The position numbers and the translations under genes are program-made. Under the pieces are notes generated by a model. It saw only the letters and a program-made list of their open reading frames with translations, was not told where the DNA came from and made no database searches. A DNA stretch of 60,429 bases, counting the filler, from Dimargaris cristalligena (Eukaryota), in NCBI GenBank assembly GCA_003614675.1. It is 2 parts of 2 records of this genome, joined end to end, with 100 filler letters (N's around TTAATTAATTAA, not from the genome) between each part and the next. Parts side by side here need not be neighbours in the genome. Positions count along the whole stretch, not along the records: positions 30,289 to 60,429 come from ML002465.1; 1 more part is not named here. One strand, 5' to 3'. Positions 48,931 through 60,429 of the stretch are shown here, in pieces (position 1 is the first letter of the stretch; the number at the start of each line of letters is the position of its first letter).

Positions 48931-51900
48931 ATGCCACACCCCAGTGGCTCCTCGGCGTCTTCCCAGCGCACCCGCCTGGTCGAAGACCAGGGTGCCGAGT
49001 CCGCCGATCCAGGTCCGTTTGGCGTGGCTGCCGCCGACCTGACCCATATGCTGGACCCCAAGGACCCCGAACTGCTCCAGAAGCTGGGCGGTATCGCCGG
49101 CCTTTGCGAAAAACTGCGCGTGGACCCCAGCCAGGGCCTGTGCCCCGACGAGATGTTCGAGTCCGACTCCACCCCCGGCCCCGGCCACCAGGAGTCCTCG
49201 GCCCTGCTCGCTTCCTCCCACCTGGCCGATAAGGGCAAGGGCCCCTTCGCCGCCCGCCAGGCCGTCTACGGCGAGAACCGTCTCCCGGCCGTCGACCAGG
49301 TGTCCTTCTGGAGTCTGGTCTGGTGCGCCTACCAGGACAAGACCCTTATCATGCTCAGCATCGCCGCCCTCGTGTCCCTGGCCGTAGGCCTGTACGACGA
49401 CTATCTGGGCGAACACCGCCATAACGACGTGAAGCTGGGGTGGGTCGAAGGCGTGGCCATCTTCCTCGCCGTGGTGGTGGTGGTGTTCACCAACGCCCTC
49501 AACGACTACCAGAAGGAGCGCCAGTTCCAGAAGCTCAACGCCAAGAAGGAGGACCGGTGCGTCAAAGTCTACCGCGAGGGCCGCGAGATTGAGCTCTCCG
49601 TTTTTGACGTGTTGGTGGGCGATATCCTGCTCGTGGAGCCCGGCGAGATCATTCCCGTCGACGGTGTGTACCTCGACGGCCACAACCTGGTGTGCGATGA
49701 GTCCAGCGCCACCGGTGAGTCCGACGCCATCAAGAAGGGCACCGTGGACAGCGGCATGGACTGCTTCGTGCTGAGCGGTGCCAAGGTTATGGAAGGGGTG
49801 GGCCGTGTGGTGGTGATCGCCGTGGGCCCCCGCTCCTTCTACGGTAAAATGATGATGGCTCTCCGTGACGAGGGCGACTCCGTGACCCCCCTCCAGCGTA
49901 AGCTCGATGTCCTGGCCGAACAGATTGCCAAGTTCGGTCTTACCGCCGCCCTCCTTATGTTCATGACCCTGATTCTCAAGTATTTGATCACCGCCGCTAT
50001 TGATAACGACATGCCGACTATCTCCGCCCTGCTTAGCCGGATTATCCAAATCACCATCCAGGCCATCACTATCGTCGTGGTCGCCGTGCCCGAGGGCCTG
50101 CCCATGGCCGTGACCCTGGCCCTGGCCTTCGCCACCACCCAGATGCTCAAGGACAACAACCTGGTGCGTCAGCTCTCAGCCTGCGAAACCATGGGGAATG
50201 CCACCGCCGTGTGCTCCGACAAGACCGGTACCCTGACCCAGAACAAGATGACCGTGACCCGCGCCTACTTTGCCCAGCACACCATGTCCAGCCACGAGCA
50301 GCACTGCGTGCAGGCCTTCCGCGACGAGCTGCCCGGCCCCGTGTTTGACCGCATCTGCGAGGGCATTGCCGTCAACTCCAACGCCTTCCTGGGCAAGGAC
50401 GAACGCGGCCAGCCCACCTTCATTGGCTCCAAGACCGAGTCGGCTCTGCTGGGGTTCACCCAAAAGTGCGGCTCCGATTTCGAACCCATCCGCCGCGAGA
50501 GCGAGATCCTCCGCGTCTACCCCTTTGCGTCCGAGAAGAAGACCATGACCACCGTGATCAAGAATGCCCACAGCCACGGCAATGACGACGCCTGCCGCAT
50601 CTACACCAAGGGTGCCTCCGAAATCGTGCTGGGCTGCTGTGACCGCTACGTCGACCGCGCCGGTGAGGTTCAGCCCCTGGACGCCCGGGCCAAGGCCGAT
50701 TTCGAACGGATTATCCAGGAGTACGCCGCCAACGCCCTGCGTACCATCAGCATGGCCTACCGCGAAGTGAGTGCCGCCGATGCCGCTAGCCTACCCGAAG
50801 ACGACGCCCCCACCCACAACCTTATTTGCCTGGGTATTGTTGGTATTGAAGATCCCCTCCGCCCCGGCGTGCGCGAGTCCGTGGAGACCTGCCGCGCCGC
50901 CGGCGTGGTCGTTCGTATGATCACCGGTGACAATGTCGAAACCGCCAGGGCCATCGCCAAGAACGCCGGTATCTACCAGCGCGGCGGTGCCGTCGTATCC
51001 GGCCCCCAGTTCCGGGCCATGCCCCCCGAGCAGCAGCGTCGCATCATGCCCAAGCTGCAGGTCCTGGCTCGCTCCTCCCCCACCGATAAGCAGATTGTGA
51101 TGCGCATCCTCCAGGAGGCCGGCGAAGTAGTGGCCATGACCGGTGACGGTACCAACGACGCGCCCGCCCTGAAGATGGCCGACGTCGGCTTCAGCATGGG
51201 TATCACCGGTACCGAGGTGGCCAAGGAGGCGTCCGCCATTATTCTCATGGACGACAACTTCAACTCCATCGTCAAGGCCCTGCAGTGGGGCCGTGCCGTC
51301 AACGATAGTGTGCGCAAATTCCTGCAGTTCCAACTGACCGTGAACATCACCGCCGTGGTGCTGGCCTTTGTGAGTGCCGTGGCTAGTGAGGACAGCTCCT
51401 CCATCCTGACCGCTGTGCAGCTGCTCTGGGTTAACCTGATTATGGATACGCTGGCCGCCCTGGCCTTGGCCACCGAGCCCCCCACGGAAGAGCTGCTGAA
51501 GCGCCTGCCGGCTCCCCGCAATGCCTCCTTGATTAACTACCAGATGTGGCGCATGATCTTTGGCCAGGCCATCTTCCAGGTCCTTATCAATCTGCTCCTC
51601 ATTCACTTGGGCCCGGCCGTGTTCCACCTGCCCAACTCGCCCCAGGGTGACCAGATCCTGCGCACCATGGTCTTCAACTCGTTTGTCTTTTTGCAGGTCT
51701 TCAACGAACTCAACTGCCGCCGCATCGATGATACCCTCAATGTCTTTGAGAACCTGCACCGCGACTACGGTTTCCTCCTGGTCCAGGTGGCAGTGGTGGG
51801 GGCCCAGGCGCTTATTGTCACCTTCGGTGGCATGGCCTTTGGTACCGTGCCCCTAACCGCCGGTCAGTGGGCGGCTACCGTTTTTATTGGCTCCCTGTCC

Positions 51901-52149
51901 CTGCCCGTGGGCCTGATGCTGCGCCTGTCGCCCGACTTTAGCAGCTGCTTGGGTCTGGAGTCCGCCCACGACCAGGAACACCGACCCCAGGTTACCCGCG
52001 GGGGACTCCGCTGGGAGACCGCCATTGGGGACATTCAATCAATCCAGCGGGCCCAGCGCCGCATGTCCATTTTCACCAAGGTGCGCCGGGCTCCTCTGCG
52101 CAGCAACTCCAAGCTGGGCAGTATGGCTCCTCGCGACAGCTCGGCCTAA
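48931..52149 (+). CDS. PMC1: P2B-type Ca2+-transporting ATPase (vacuolar, PMCA-like), intronless, 1072 aa
   Basis: DESSATGES, VVAVPEGLP, CSDKTGTLT, KGASE, MITGDN, TGDGTNDAPAL and QLLWVNLIMDT. Confidence 0.96.
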   Translation: MPHPSGSSASSQRTRLVEDQGAESADPGPFGVAAADLTHMLDPKDPELLQKLGGIAGLCEKLRVDPSQGLCPDEMFESDSTPGPGHQESSALLASSHLADKGKGPFAARQAVYGENRLPAVDQVSFWSLVWCAYQDKTLIMLSIAALVSLAVGLYDDYLGEHRHNDVKLGWVEGVAIFLAVVVVVFTNALNDYQKERQFQKLNAKKEDRCVKVYREGREIELSVFDVLVGDILLVEPGEIIPVDGVYLDGHNLVCDESSATGESDAIKKGTVDSGMDCFVLSGAKVMEGVGRVVVIAVGPRSFYGKMMMALRDEGDSVTPLQRKLDVLAEQIAKFGLTAALLMFMTLILKYLITAAIDNDMPTISALLSRIIQITIQAITIVVVAVPEGLPMAVTLALAFATTQMLKDNNLVRQLSACETMGNATAVCSDKTGTLTQNKMTVTRAYFAQHTMSSHEQHCVQAFRDELPGPVFDRICEGIAVNSNAFLGKDERGQPTFIGSKTESALLGFTQKCGSDFEPIRRESEILRVYPFASEKKTMTTVIKNAHSHGNDDACRIYTKGASEIVLGCCDRYVDRAGEVQPLDARAKADFERIIQEYAANALRTISMAYREVSAADAASLPEDDAPTHNLICLGIVGIEDPLRPGVRESVETCRAAGVVVRMITGDNVETARAIAKNAGIYQRGGAVVSGPQFRAMPPEQQRRIMPKLQVLARSSPTDKQIVMRILQEAGEVVAMTGDGTNDAPALKMADVGFSMGITGTEVAKEASAIILMDDNFNSIVKALQWGRAVNDSVRKFLQFQLTVNITAVVLAFVSAVASEDSSSILTAVQLLWVNLIMDTLAALALATEPPTEELLKRLPAPRNASLINYQMWRMIFGQAIFQVLINLLLIHLGPAVFHLPNSPQGDQILRTMVFNSFVFLQVFNELNCRRIDDTLNVFENLHRDYGFLLVQVAVVGAQALIVTFGGMAFGTVPLTAGQWAATVFIGSLSLPVGLMLRLSPDFSSCLGLESAHDQEHRPQVTRGGLRWETAIGDIQSIQRAQRRMSIFTKVRRAPLRSNSKLGSMAPRDSSA

Positions 52150-52668
52150 TGACACAGGCATGGGCATCCCTCCTTTGTTTTCTTTTCTCTAAATCTTTTT
52201 CCTGTTTCGGCATGTCGCGGGGACCTTTGCATTAAAAGGTCCCGTGGATAGGTAGTGGTAAATAGGTGGGTGGTTGTTATTGTCAGTCTACCAAGCCCCC
52301 TTACGCTTAGTTTTAGTTGGTTTTTCCGTCTGTCTTTTCAGTATGCATATGAATAAACTTTGCAGACATTATAATTTCGAACCTATTAACGACTGGGGAT
52401 GTATTGGGCGGTGATGGGAATGCTGCTTTATCCCTCAGCGGTAGTGGTTCCTCCTGTCCATATATAAAATCAGGATATACTACCATTACTCCACGGCGCA
52501 GGGGTCCAGCCAGATTAGGGAGGCAGAGAGAAGGTTTTGGGGGTTAAACTAGTTTAGGTATTTTTATTGCTGATTGAGAATTATATAATCCGGAACATTA
52601 GAGTATCCACACCCCGGGAAGTAGTTGCTTGTGGTTATTAGGGGGGAACATCGTTTTAGCGAGCACCC

Positions 52669-55600
52669 TTAATTGTCGAGGGGGGGAGACGATTCCGCCG
52701 GCTCGTCAAACGGGGCCAGCAGATTCATGGCGTGAAGCGTATAGTCAATCATGTAAGACTGGGTGACCAGGTTATCGAGTCGCTGGTAATGCCGCTCGGC
52801 GAAAGGGATAATGGCATTGTGGGTGGTGTTGATGTGTTTGATTTTCAGGAGGTGCTCGGGTTGGTAGTGGTCTAGAATGACCTGGAGGGCGGCGTGGGCC
52901 ACCTCGCACTGCTTCGCATTAGTGTTCCAATCGCGAATATAAAGCAGGAGCCGGTCCAGCTGGGCCAGGGACAGGGTGGCCAGGACGTGATCGACGGCAG
53001 GATCCCCCATGGGGCTGTGGGTGGGTGACGAGGCAGCATCCGGGCTGTCTTCCCGCTGGGCCATGATATCTTTGAAAATCTGGAAGAGCTGGCGGGGCTT
53101 GTCCAGTTGGAGGGCCAGGGCGATGGCCTGGCGGTACTGCTTGGAGCGGACCAGGTTGGTGAGGGTTTGTTCCTGCACTAGGGTATCGGCCTGCTCCTGG
53201 TTCAGGCGATCGATTTCCTGCTGGGTGAAGTCCTCCCAGACCCGAATGGTGGAGTCCCCCCCACCGGTGACCAGATGGGACTCGTCGCGGGACACGGCGA
53301 GGGCCCATACCTTGTCCTCGTGGTGGTCCGCGGTCATGACGCATTCGTCCGACTTGATGGTCCACAGTTTCAGGAGGGCGTCCGAGCCCACCGAGGCGAG
53401 CTGCAGACCCGCCGTCAGGAAGCGGAGGTTCACCACCCCGCTGGTGTGGCCTTCAAAGGTTTTGAGACAACTGAAATTACTCAGCGACCACAGCTTAATG
53501 GTGTGGTCCCCGGACCCGGTGGCCAAGATTTGGTCCACGGGGGAGAACTGAACTTTCCAGATGCCCCGCTTATGGCCCTTGAAATGGCCCAGGGCTCCGC
53601 CTGTGGCGGTTGACCACAGGGTTGCGGTCCGGTCTTGGGAGCCCGTGGCAAACACCTGGTCGTTGGGGGCCACCGCGATGGTGTTAATGTCCTTCTCGTG
53701 GGCCTTGACGGTATATTCCGATTCCAGGGCCACGGGGGATTCACCGGCGGCCAAGTTGCCCAGATTCCACCGCTTGATGGTGCGATCCTGCCCGCCCGAT
53801 ATGAGAAACTGGGGTGGGTCAGCCCGCGAAAAGGCCACCGCTCCCACCGATTCGGTATGACCGGTACCTACCGCCACGCATCGGGCCTGGCGGTCCACCC
53901 GGGCCGGGGAGGGGTTAAAATGCCATATGCTCAGGGTCTTATCGCGGGATCCGGCCGCGGCCAGGGTTCCGGAGGAATCAGTGTCCAAGCAGAGCACCGT
54001 TTCGGTGTGGTGGTCGAGCAGCCCGCAGGTTTGAGTGTCCAGGTTGTATACGCGGAGGGATTCCGAGTTGGAGGCGACGACCAAATGGGTTTCCTCGGGG
54101 CCCAGGTAGGCCAGGTCGATGATTTCCTCATTGTAGCCAGCGATTTGGCTAACCAAGGACAACACCTCCTCGGGTTCGTCGGACCCAAGGGAGTAGGTGG
54201 TGATGTTTTGGTCGGTGGTCATGGCAACCATTCGGTTGGCTTGGGGCTGGTAGAGAATATCGACAATCTGGTGGGAAACCTCGGTCGACGTGGCCCGGGG
54301 CGCTTGGCTGAAGAGTTTCTCGCTGGTATTGAGTTCCCAGAGTTGGATAATGCCTATGAATGTAGAGGGAGGGCGGCGGAATAGACAGAGTGAATGGCGG
54401 GAAAGAGGGTTAATGGTGGATTAAACAGTACTGCTCAATGACAGGCGACCAGGGTCGAGCGCAAGAGGCCTTTACATGTGGTATTTCCCCAAAGTGCTTA
54501 CCTCGCTCCCCACCGGTGTAAAACACGGGCGATTTCTGAGTGACGTTGCCTTTGCCGTTGGGCAGGGCAAGGTTGGTTCCGGGCTTAATGAACCCGATGG
54601 TTTCCGGATTCTCAAAAGTCGGGATGGTCTTGATTAGCTTGTGGGTATCCATGCGCCACACATTGATGGAGCGGTCGCGGGAGCTCGACAGCAACATCTT
54701 GCAATTGGGTGAAAAGGCCAGGCCGCGGATGACACTGGTGTGGTCGGATAGAGTGGCCACACAGGCGCGGGTGTGCATGTTCCAGCAGCGAATGTTGCCG
54801 TCTTCCCCGCCACTCACCAGCACCCAGTCGGCCGACTCGGTGTCGGGATGGAACTTGACGGAACTAACCAGGCCCTGGTGGCCCTTGAAGTTGTGGGTAC
54901 AGAAACCGCCCTCGATATCCCACACTTTAACGGTGGAATCGGCCGACCCAGTGGCCACTAGCGACGACGTGGAGTCGATATCCATCACCAAGACGGGGGC
55001 ATCGTGGACCTAGAGGGGGAAGCATGGGTGCATGGAATGCGTATATTTAATGAGACGGCTGGGTATTCCGGGTAGGCTCTGCGGGTCCCAAGGGCGACGG
55101 AGGGTGCGATCCAGCATTGGGGAACCTTTACGTTACCTTGAGGGTGCGAATGAGCCGGTAGGTGTCCATGTCCCAGATGGTCATTTGCAGACTACGGCTC
55201 GTGGTGACAAGAAAGCGATTATCAGGGGTTAGCGCAAGGCAGGTGAAGACCTCCGAGTCACCCGGTAGGGTGGCGACCCGCTTGAGCCCCTGGGTCAAGT
55301 CTGATACGAGAATCTCATCCCCAAAGGTGGTGATGATAAGGCGGCCGTCGTTGGTAATGGCCACCTTGCCACCGCTGTAGATGGACTCGATCGATTGGAC
55401 CGGTTTGTATCTGGCAGTGTAGGGCGGGGGTTGGGTATGGCAAGGTGCAAAAATGGGGTCAGGGTTATTAGAACACAGTATATTCGTATCGGTGAGGGTG
55501 ACTAGCTACGGTCCCCGCCGGGTGCAGGAGCCGTCCCGTGAAGTGAGAACGAGAGAGGGAGTCCCGTGTCGCCAAAGAAGAGGGGGGTTCGTTTCCCCCA

Positions 55601-55677
55601 TTTCCCGAATGGTCGAGTTAACGGGGGGAATTCACCTACATGGACTTGAGCTGGAGCGATTTCGTGGACGCGCTCAT
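52669..55677 (-). CDS. UTP13: U3 snoRNP WD40 protein Utp13/TBL3; exons ~55677-55640, 55410-55137, 55009-54502, 54353-52669
   Basis: N-terminal YKPVQSIESIYSGGKV, many WD40 repeats (CTHNFKGH, KAHEKDIN, GHKRGIW) and a Utp13 C-terminal domain (EQTLTN..IRDWNTNAK..ERHYQRL..QSYMIDYTL). Confidence 0.93.
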
Positions 55678-56218
55678 GACTGCAAAGGGGGCAACTCGCC
55701 GGGACCAAAAGGGTGAAGGTAATGAACGACTAGAGGGGATTCCTAAAGGATTAGTGGGTTATCGGACCAACGCTGGGCTGGAGCAGAGTATAATTAAAGA
55801 GGCAAAGGGTTTGGAGGCCGATAATTTGGCCTTGACTATTACTTGAAAAAAAGCTGGGCCAGTATCACCACCACCTATTCTTTTTTTCTTTTTTTGGGCC
55901 CAAGCATTATGTTACCATCTAAGGCAAAGAAGGGGGAAGGTATTACCCACTATAACTTCCCTGCCTCGCTAACCGTCAATTGTAGTCACCTGATAGATAT
56001 AACCAGCCCTCTTGCTTTCCACCTATTGCCCCTATTATCCCACATTCCTTCCTAACAACTCGCTATAGTCCGCGCCAATCTCCCTTCCTCTCGACCACCA
56101 TCTGCGGCTAATGCATTAGACCCAGGTCTCTCATTCTGGGATCTCTTTCTCTACTCTGACCAGCCCTTGTCTTATTTACTTGTATTCCCCTATTGTCCAC
56201 CATACCCGTTCCGCCACC

Positions 56219-57070
56219 ATGAAATTAGTCCGGTAGGTCAGGTGCCCAGCCGCTCCACCGAAGCGCCAGGTGCTGTTCCAACCAGGGCCTGTGGATGAGA
56301 GGCGCGCTTCGGGGACTTGGTCCCTCTTACCCGCCCAAGCATCGTTGAATTAATGTATCCCAATCGGCAGATATATATATAAAGTGACGCGCCCCCTGCG
56401 CTCTCCCACTAGATACGGCCCTACAAGACGTGTGATTTTGCTAACCCTCTAAAACTAACCTATACCCCCCCCCCCCCCGTGTTCCCTGTGCGTAGATTCC
56501 TTATGAAGCTCAGTAACGAAACCGTTACCATTGAGCTGAAAAATGGCACGGTTATTCACGGAACCATCACCGGTGTCGACATGAGCATGAACACCCACCT
56601 GAAAACGGTCAAAATGACCGTCAAGAACAAGGATCCCGTTACTCTCGACACCCTGAGTCTACGTGGCAGCAATATCCGGTATTTTATTCTGCCCGACAGT
56701 CTGCCCTTAGACACCCTGTTGATTGACGACTCGCACAAGGCCAAGGGAAAGAAGAAAGAAGGTAATTGTCCGTTTGATTAGGGGGTTGTTTAATGGATTC
56801 CTCTCCATAATGATGGGCTTTGGCCCCATTGCCGATGCATTACCTAGATCAGTGGCTTATGAACCACCCGATGTATGATTTCATAGAGATCCACGAGATA
56901 CTCGCACCTCTAACGTCTCCCTTCCTTTGTTGTTGATGCCTATCTATACCTATGCATTGCTCCGCACGCCGATATCCAACGATCGGCCTACTATGGTTTC
57001 ATCAGTTGTTGCACCTGGAGGGCGTGGTCGTGGACGCGGACGCGGACGTGGCCGGGGTATTCGCCGCTAG
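56219..57070 (+). CDS. SMD1: Small nuclear ribonucleoprotein Sm D1; exons 56219-56232, 56496-56761, 57006-57070
   Basis: [23 protein letters not shown]...[23 protein letters not shown], with a C-terminal GR repeat. Confidence 0.97.
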
Positions 57071-57831
57071 TCAGATATTGTGGGCTCGACTACTCGTAGC
57101 ATGAGTCGGCTCCGCACAATCTTGTTTAGCTCAATAAATTATATGTTTTTATATCCCAACCGCAGTCCGGTTAGAGTAGTCGATGGGTTGCGGTATTAGT
57201 GCGAGTAAATTTGGGAAGGGGCAGCCGAACGATTCCTCGGGTGCCCTTAATGGGATCTACCATCTTATTTGGACTTGCTACCCACTGACCGAGGCATGGG
57301 CCTCGTACACTTTGAGATCCAAGGCCTGCGGAGCGCACGTTTGAGATACTCAGGGGAGAGGGTTTCAGCTATAGTTAGGTCTCTTACCTTGGGACTCGGT
57401 GAGACTTTATTATCCAGTCGAAGAAGAAGGCGCCACTATAAAAACGAAACGCTACGCGTCACATGACCGCAAACATGGTGATGAGCGGGGCGCGGCGCCC
57501 TTCTAGCCAAAACTGCCACTGCTCGTACTACTTCAGAGCAATGAGAGGCTGTGGAACCTTGTTTGTTTTGACTGACTATGGTCCAGTGGGCCTATCCTAT
57601 TACCTCCCGAACCTGCTCGCCAAAACTAGTCCACGGCGGAGTTTATAGGCGAGCCCTATCCACGGGGGGTTGTCTTTTCCTCCTGGTATAGTACAGGCCT
57701 AGTCCCCGCGCTAGCCCATTTGGACCGCCGTATTTCCCCTTACCCCTCTATTGATTGATTCCGACTTTTTTATATAGCTATTTTAAAAGCCCAAACTACT
57801 GATCCCCTCCTTCACCCGCGAGTCCACTGCC

Positions 57832-59165
57832 ATGAATATAGGCAATATCTCCGTTTACGCCCATATCCTGGACGAACTGAAAGTGGGGGGTGCTCCCCGG
57901 TCCTCGCCGTCGACTGCTTCCACTCCCCACCGGCGAACCAGCGTCTCTGACCCCATCTGCCTTCTCCATTGCGGGGAAACCGCCAAGTACTTTACCGTAT
58001 CCGAAGATAAGAAGGAGCCGCGTCGCCTCTACGTTAACAAATGTGCCGACTCGATCAGCAAGGTTATCCCCGAGGCCACTCTCCGTGAATTCGCCGAGTT
58101 TGCCCTTCGGGGCGGAAACGCCGCCCTATTCTCTCTAGCTTCCGGTCTCCGGCACCTCCCATCGGCGCAGCGCATGCGCACCCTTTTGGACATGCTTAAC
58201 CATCTGGAGGCCCAGATCGGCCAGGGCCAGCGCGAGTTCCGAATCAGTTATCTGTAAGATTAGCCGTGTCAGTTTAAATCAGGGGGTGGTGTCTATTTTT
58301 GGCCCACTTTTCTTCGACCTAAACCGCCCTTGGTGGGGCTACCTAACCAACCCTTCCCTTTACTTGCCCAAGGCCTCCCATCCCGCAAAACTAACTCCCG
58401 ATTCCAATTATTATCACGGGGTTCCTGGTTTGATTTCAATGTTAACTAGGGTCCTAGGCCTGACGGACCGGCGCTGCGTCAATTTACTCAACGAGGAGAT
58501 CATTCCATGTAAGTATTTCCATAACTAACTAACCCCGCCGTTCCGATTTGGTGGGGACAAGGTCCGGCACTTTATTGACACCACTAGTAATTTCTACTCC
58601 CGTCATGATTTCATCCATCTAACCGTCGGCTCTACTGTCCCTTTGTGTATGGCCCTCCCGGATCTAGTACCCCAGGTAATGGAGGTTTTCGCTAGCAGTC
58701 ACCAAGTCGCGGAGAGTATTTCCGATATTAGTAACCAATTGCGACAAGGTAACTGTTCTTTATTATTATTATTATTATTCTCCTCCATTGAATGGATTAA
58801 TGCACAGCATCTATATATAAACTATCCGATTCTCCCTCCAACAGTTCGCGGCCGCTGAATTCTAATTAAATAGTATATCCTATGCCGCCCGTATCCGGCC
58901 CTCACTCTCCTCCGAATCCGACATACACCCCTCTTAGATATCGCAATGCCGTTTCTTCTGTCCATTCGACTCGAGACCATGCAGCCAACCCCCACCGCCG
59001 GTAACCTCACTTTGGTACGTTTGCTAGATAGCAGCCCCCCGCCTCTGAGTTTCTGTACGCTAACTCTGCCTCGGCTGAAGTAAACCACCCTCCATGGGCC
59101 TAGGCGGTGTCTTTTGCCTGGAACCGCTGCTATCGTTCTTAACTATTTTTTGCCTCGGATTTGTT

Positions 59166-59196
<31 letters not shown>

Positions 59197-60429
59197 TTAT
59201 TTATTTATTAACCCAATACTCCCGGTTGGTCTAGATTGACTTGGGATCCCCCGTCATGGAGCCGTCCGGGCTCACCAGCCAATGCCCCCAGTCCGACTTG
59301 ACCCAGTCCGTCCAAAATCTACGTAAAATTGCCATGATCCTGGGCTCCGGTAGCACTATCCGCACCCTCCCAAGCCATAACTCGCCACTGGCTCTGCTCA
59401 CGAGCGAGTTCATTGGTGGCCAGGCTAAAACCGCCTTTTTGTTTCACTTGGCCCATGAGCACCCCAGTCTAGCCGACTGCCGGGCCACCCTCGATTTAAT
59501 CGAACTGCTCCGTCAGATTCGTTGCCGGGAAACCGTCAACCGCGTCGACCACCGGGTCCAATACTTTAATGAAAAAGCCGACCATTACCGCAGCCTATAC
59601 CGTAACCTTGACGCGGAACGGACCGACTTCGGTACCCAGTTGGCTGATCGGGAGGCCGACCTCCGGCGCTTACAAGCGAAACTGGACGACCAATCCACGG
59701 CGAATCGGCGTCAGGAGCAGGACTTCCAAAACCAACTCGCCCAAATTCGTCAACAGCAAACCAAGGTACGCCTTCTAGTTTAGTCTGGGTATTCAATGCT
59801 CCCCCGACTTATGGTTACCGCCTAGCCCTGGTGATTGACGGCGCCTATCCCAATGGATTGCTATAATCTAAAGTGCATCGTCAACTCACCCCACCCTCGT
59901 TGTTTTATATCGGGTTCCCGTATATTGTTAATTTTTGATTATAGACTATGGGCGATCGACGACACGAGTCCCGGCTCAAGTTCGAGGTACTTCGCCATGC
60001 CCGCGAAAAGACGGCGCTGGCCGAAGAAATGCGGCAGCTCAAAATACAGCTTGCCCTAACCAAACACGATTTGGCATCCCACGAGTCCACCCAGGTGGAC
60101 TTGGCCCAACAGTTGAAAGGGGCTGTTGCGGCTAGGGAGCGCGCCGAAATCAAACTAGACCGAGCTGCCCTGGGCCAAGATCAAGTATTCGCCGACTATA
60201 ATCTCGTATTCGATAAGTACCACTTGCTCAAGGATACCCACGCCGAATTGGTTGGCCAGCACCAAGCCCTATTTTCCCAAAACGAAGCCATGCAACAGAA
60301 GCTGGCTCGGATCGAGCGCAGCAACGAAACCCTGCGAGCGACGGACCGGGAGCTGCGCAGTACGCTCGAGGGATTGGAAAGGGAAGGCGAAGCGCTGGAG
60401 CAGGCCAAGGACACTTTAGAGACGCGCTT
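57832..60429 (+). CDS. Multi-exon protein with helical N-terminus and long C-terminal coiled coil; runs off the window end
   Basis: Phase-consistent GT-AG exons at ~57832-58253, 58450-58508, ~58668-58748, ~58938-59013, 59235-59765 and 59945-end. Heptad-rich EKADHYRSLYRNLDAERTDF..., ESRLKFEVLRHAREKTALAEEMRQL.... Family not recognised. Confidence 0.7.

Overview
Eukaryotic (fungal) genomic DNA with GT-AG spliceosomal introns, GC3-rich exons and many (TA)n microsatellites. The gene set and style suggest an early-diverging fungus, possibly Zoopagomycota; this is an inference. A 100-nt N/TTAATTAATTAA spacer at 30189-30288 splits the window, so the two halves may not be neighbours. The left half has a secreted protein with an F-box-like motif, neutral trehalase, a ~10 kb stretch with no recognisable protein gene, DSC3, RRP14/SURF6 and a YND1-like apyrase. 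The right half has a calponin-homology-like gene end, a stand-alone bacterial-type YccF protein, 14-3-3, Derlin, a CNBP/Gis2 zinc-knuckle protein, PDB1 (GC-AG intron), an SLC35C2/Ymd8-like transporter, a Dal5/Tna1-type MFS transporter, the Ca2+-ATPase PMC1, UTP13, SmD1 and a truncated coiled-coil gene. The main leads are the signal-peptide + F-box candidate effector, a putative micro-exon transcript with three folded introns at ~11.4-12.4 kb, the YccF horizontal-transfer candidate, cryptic exons in the long NTH1 intron and a dispersed palindromic repeat. Exon models were built by eye and no database searches were run.
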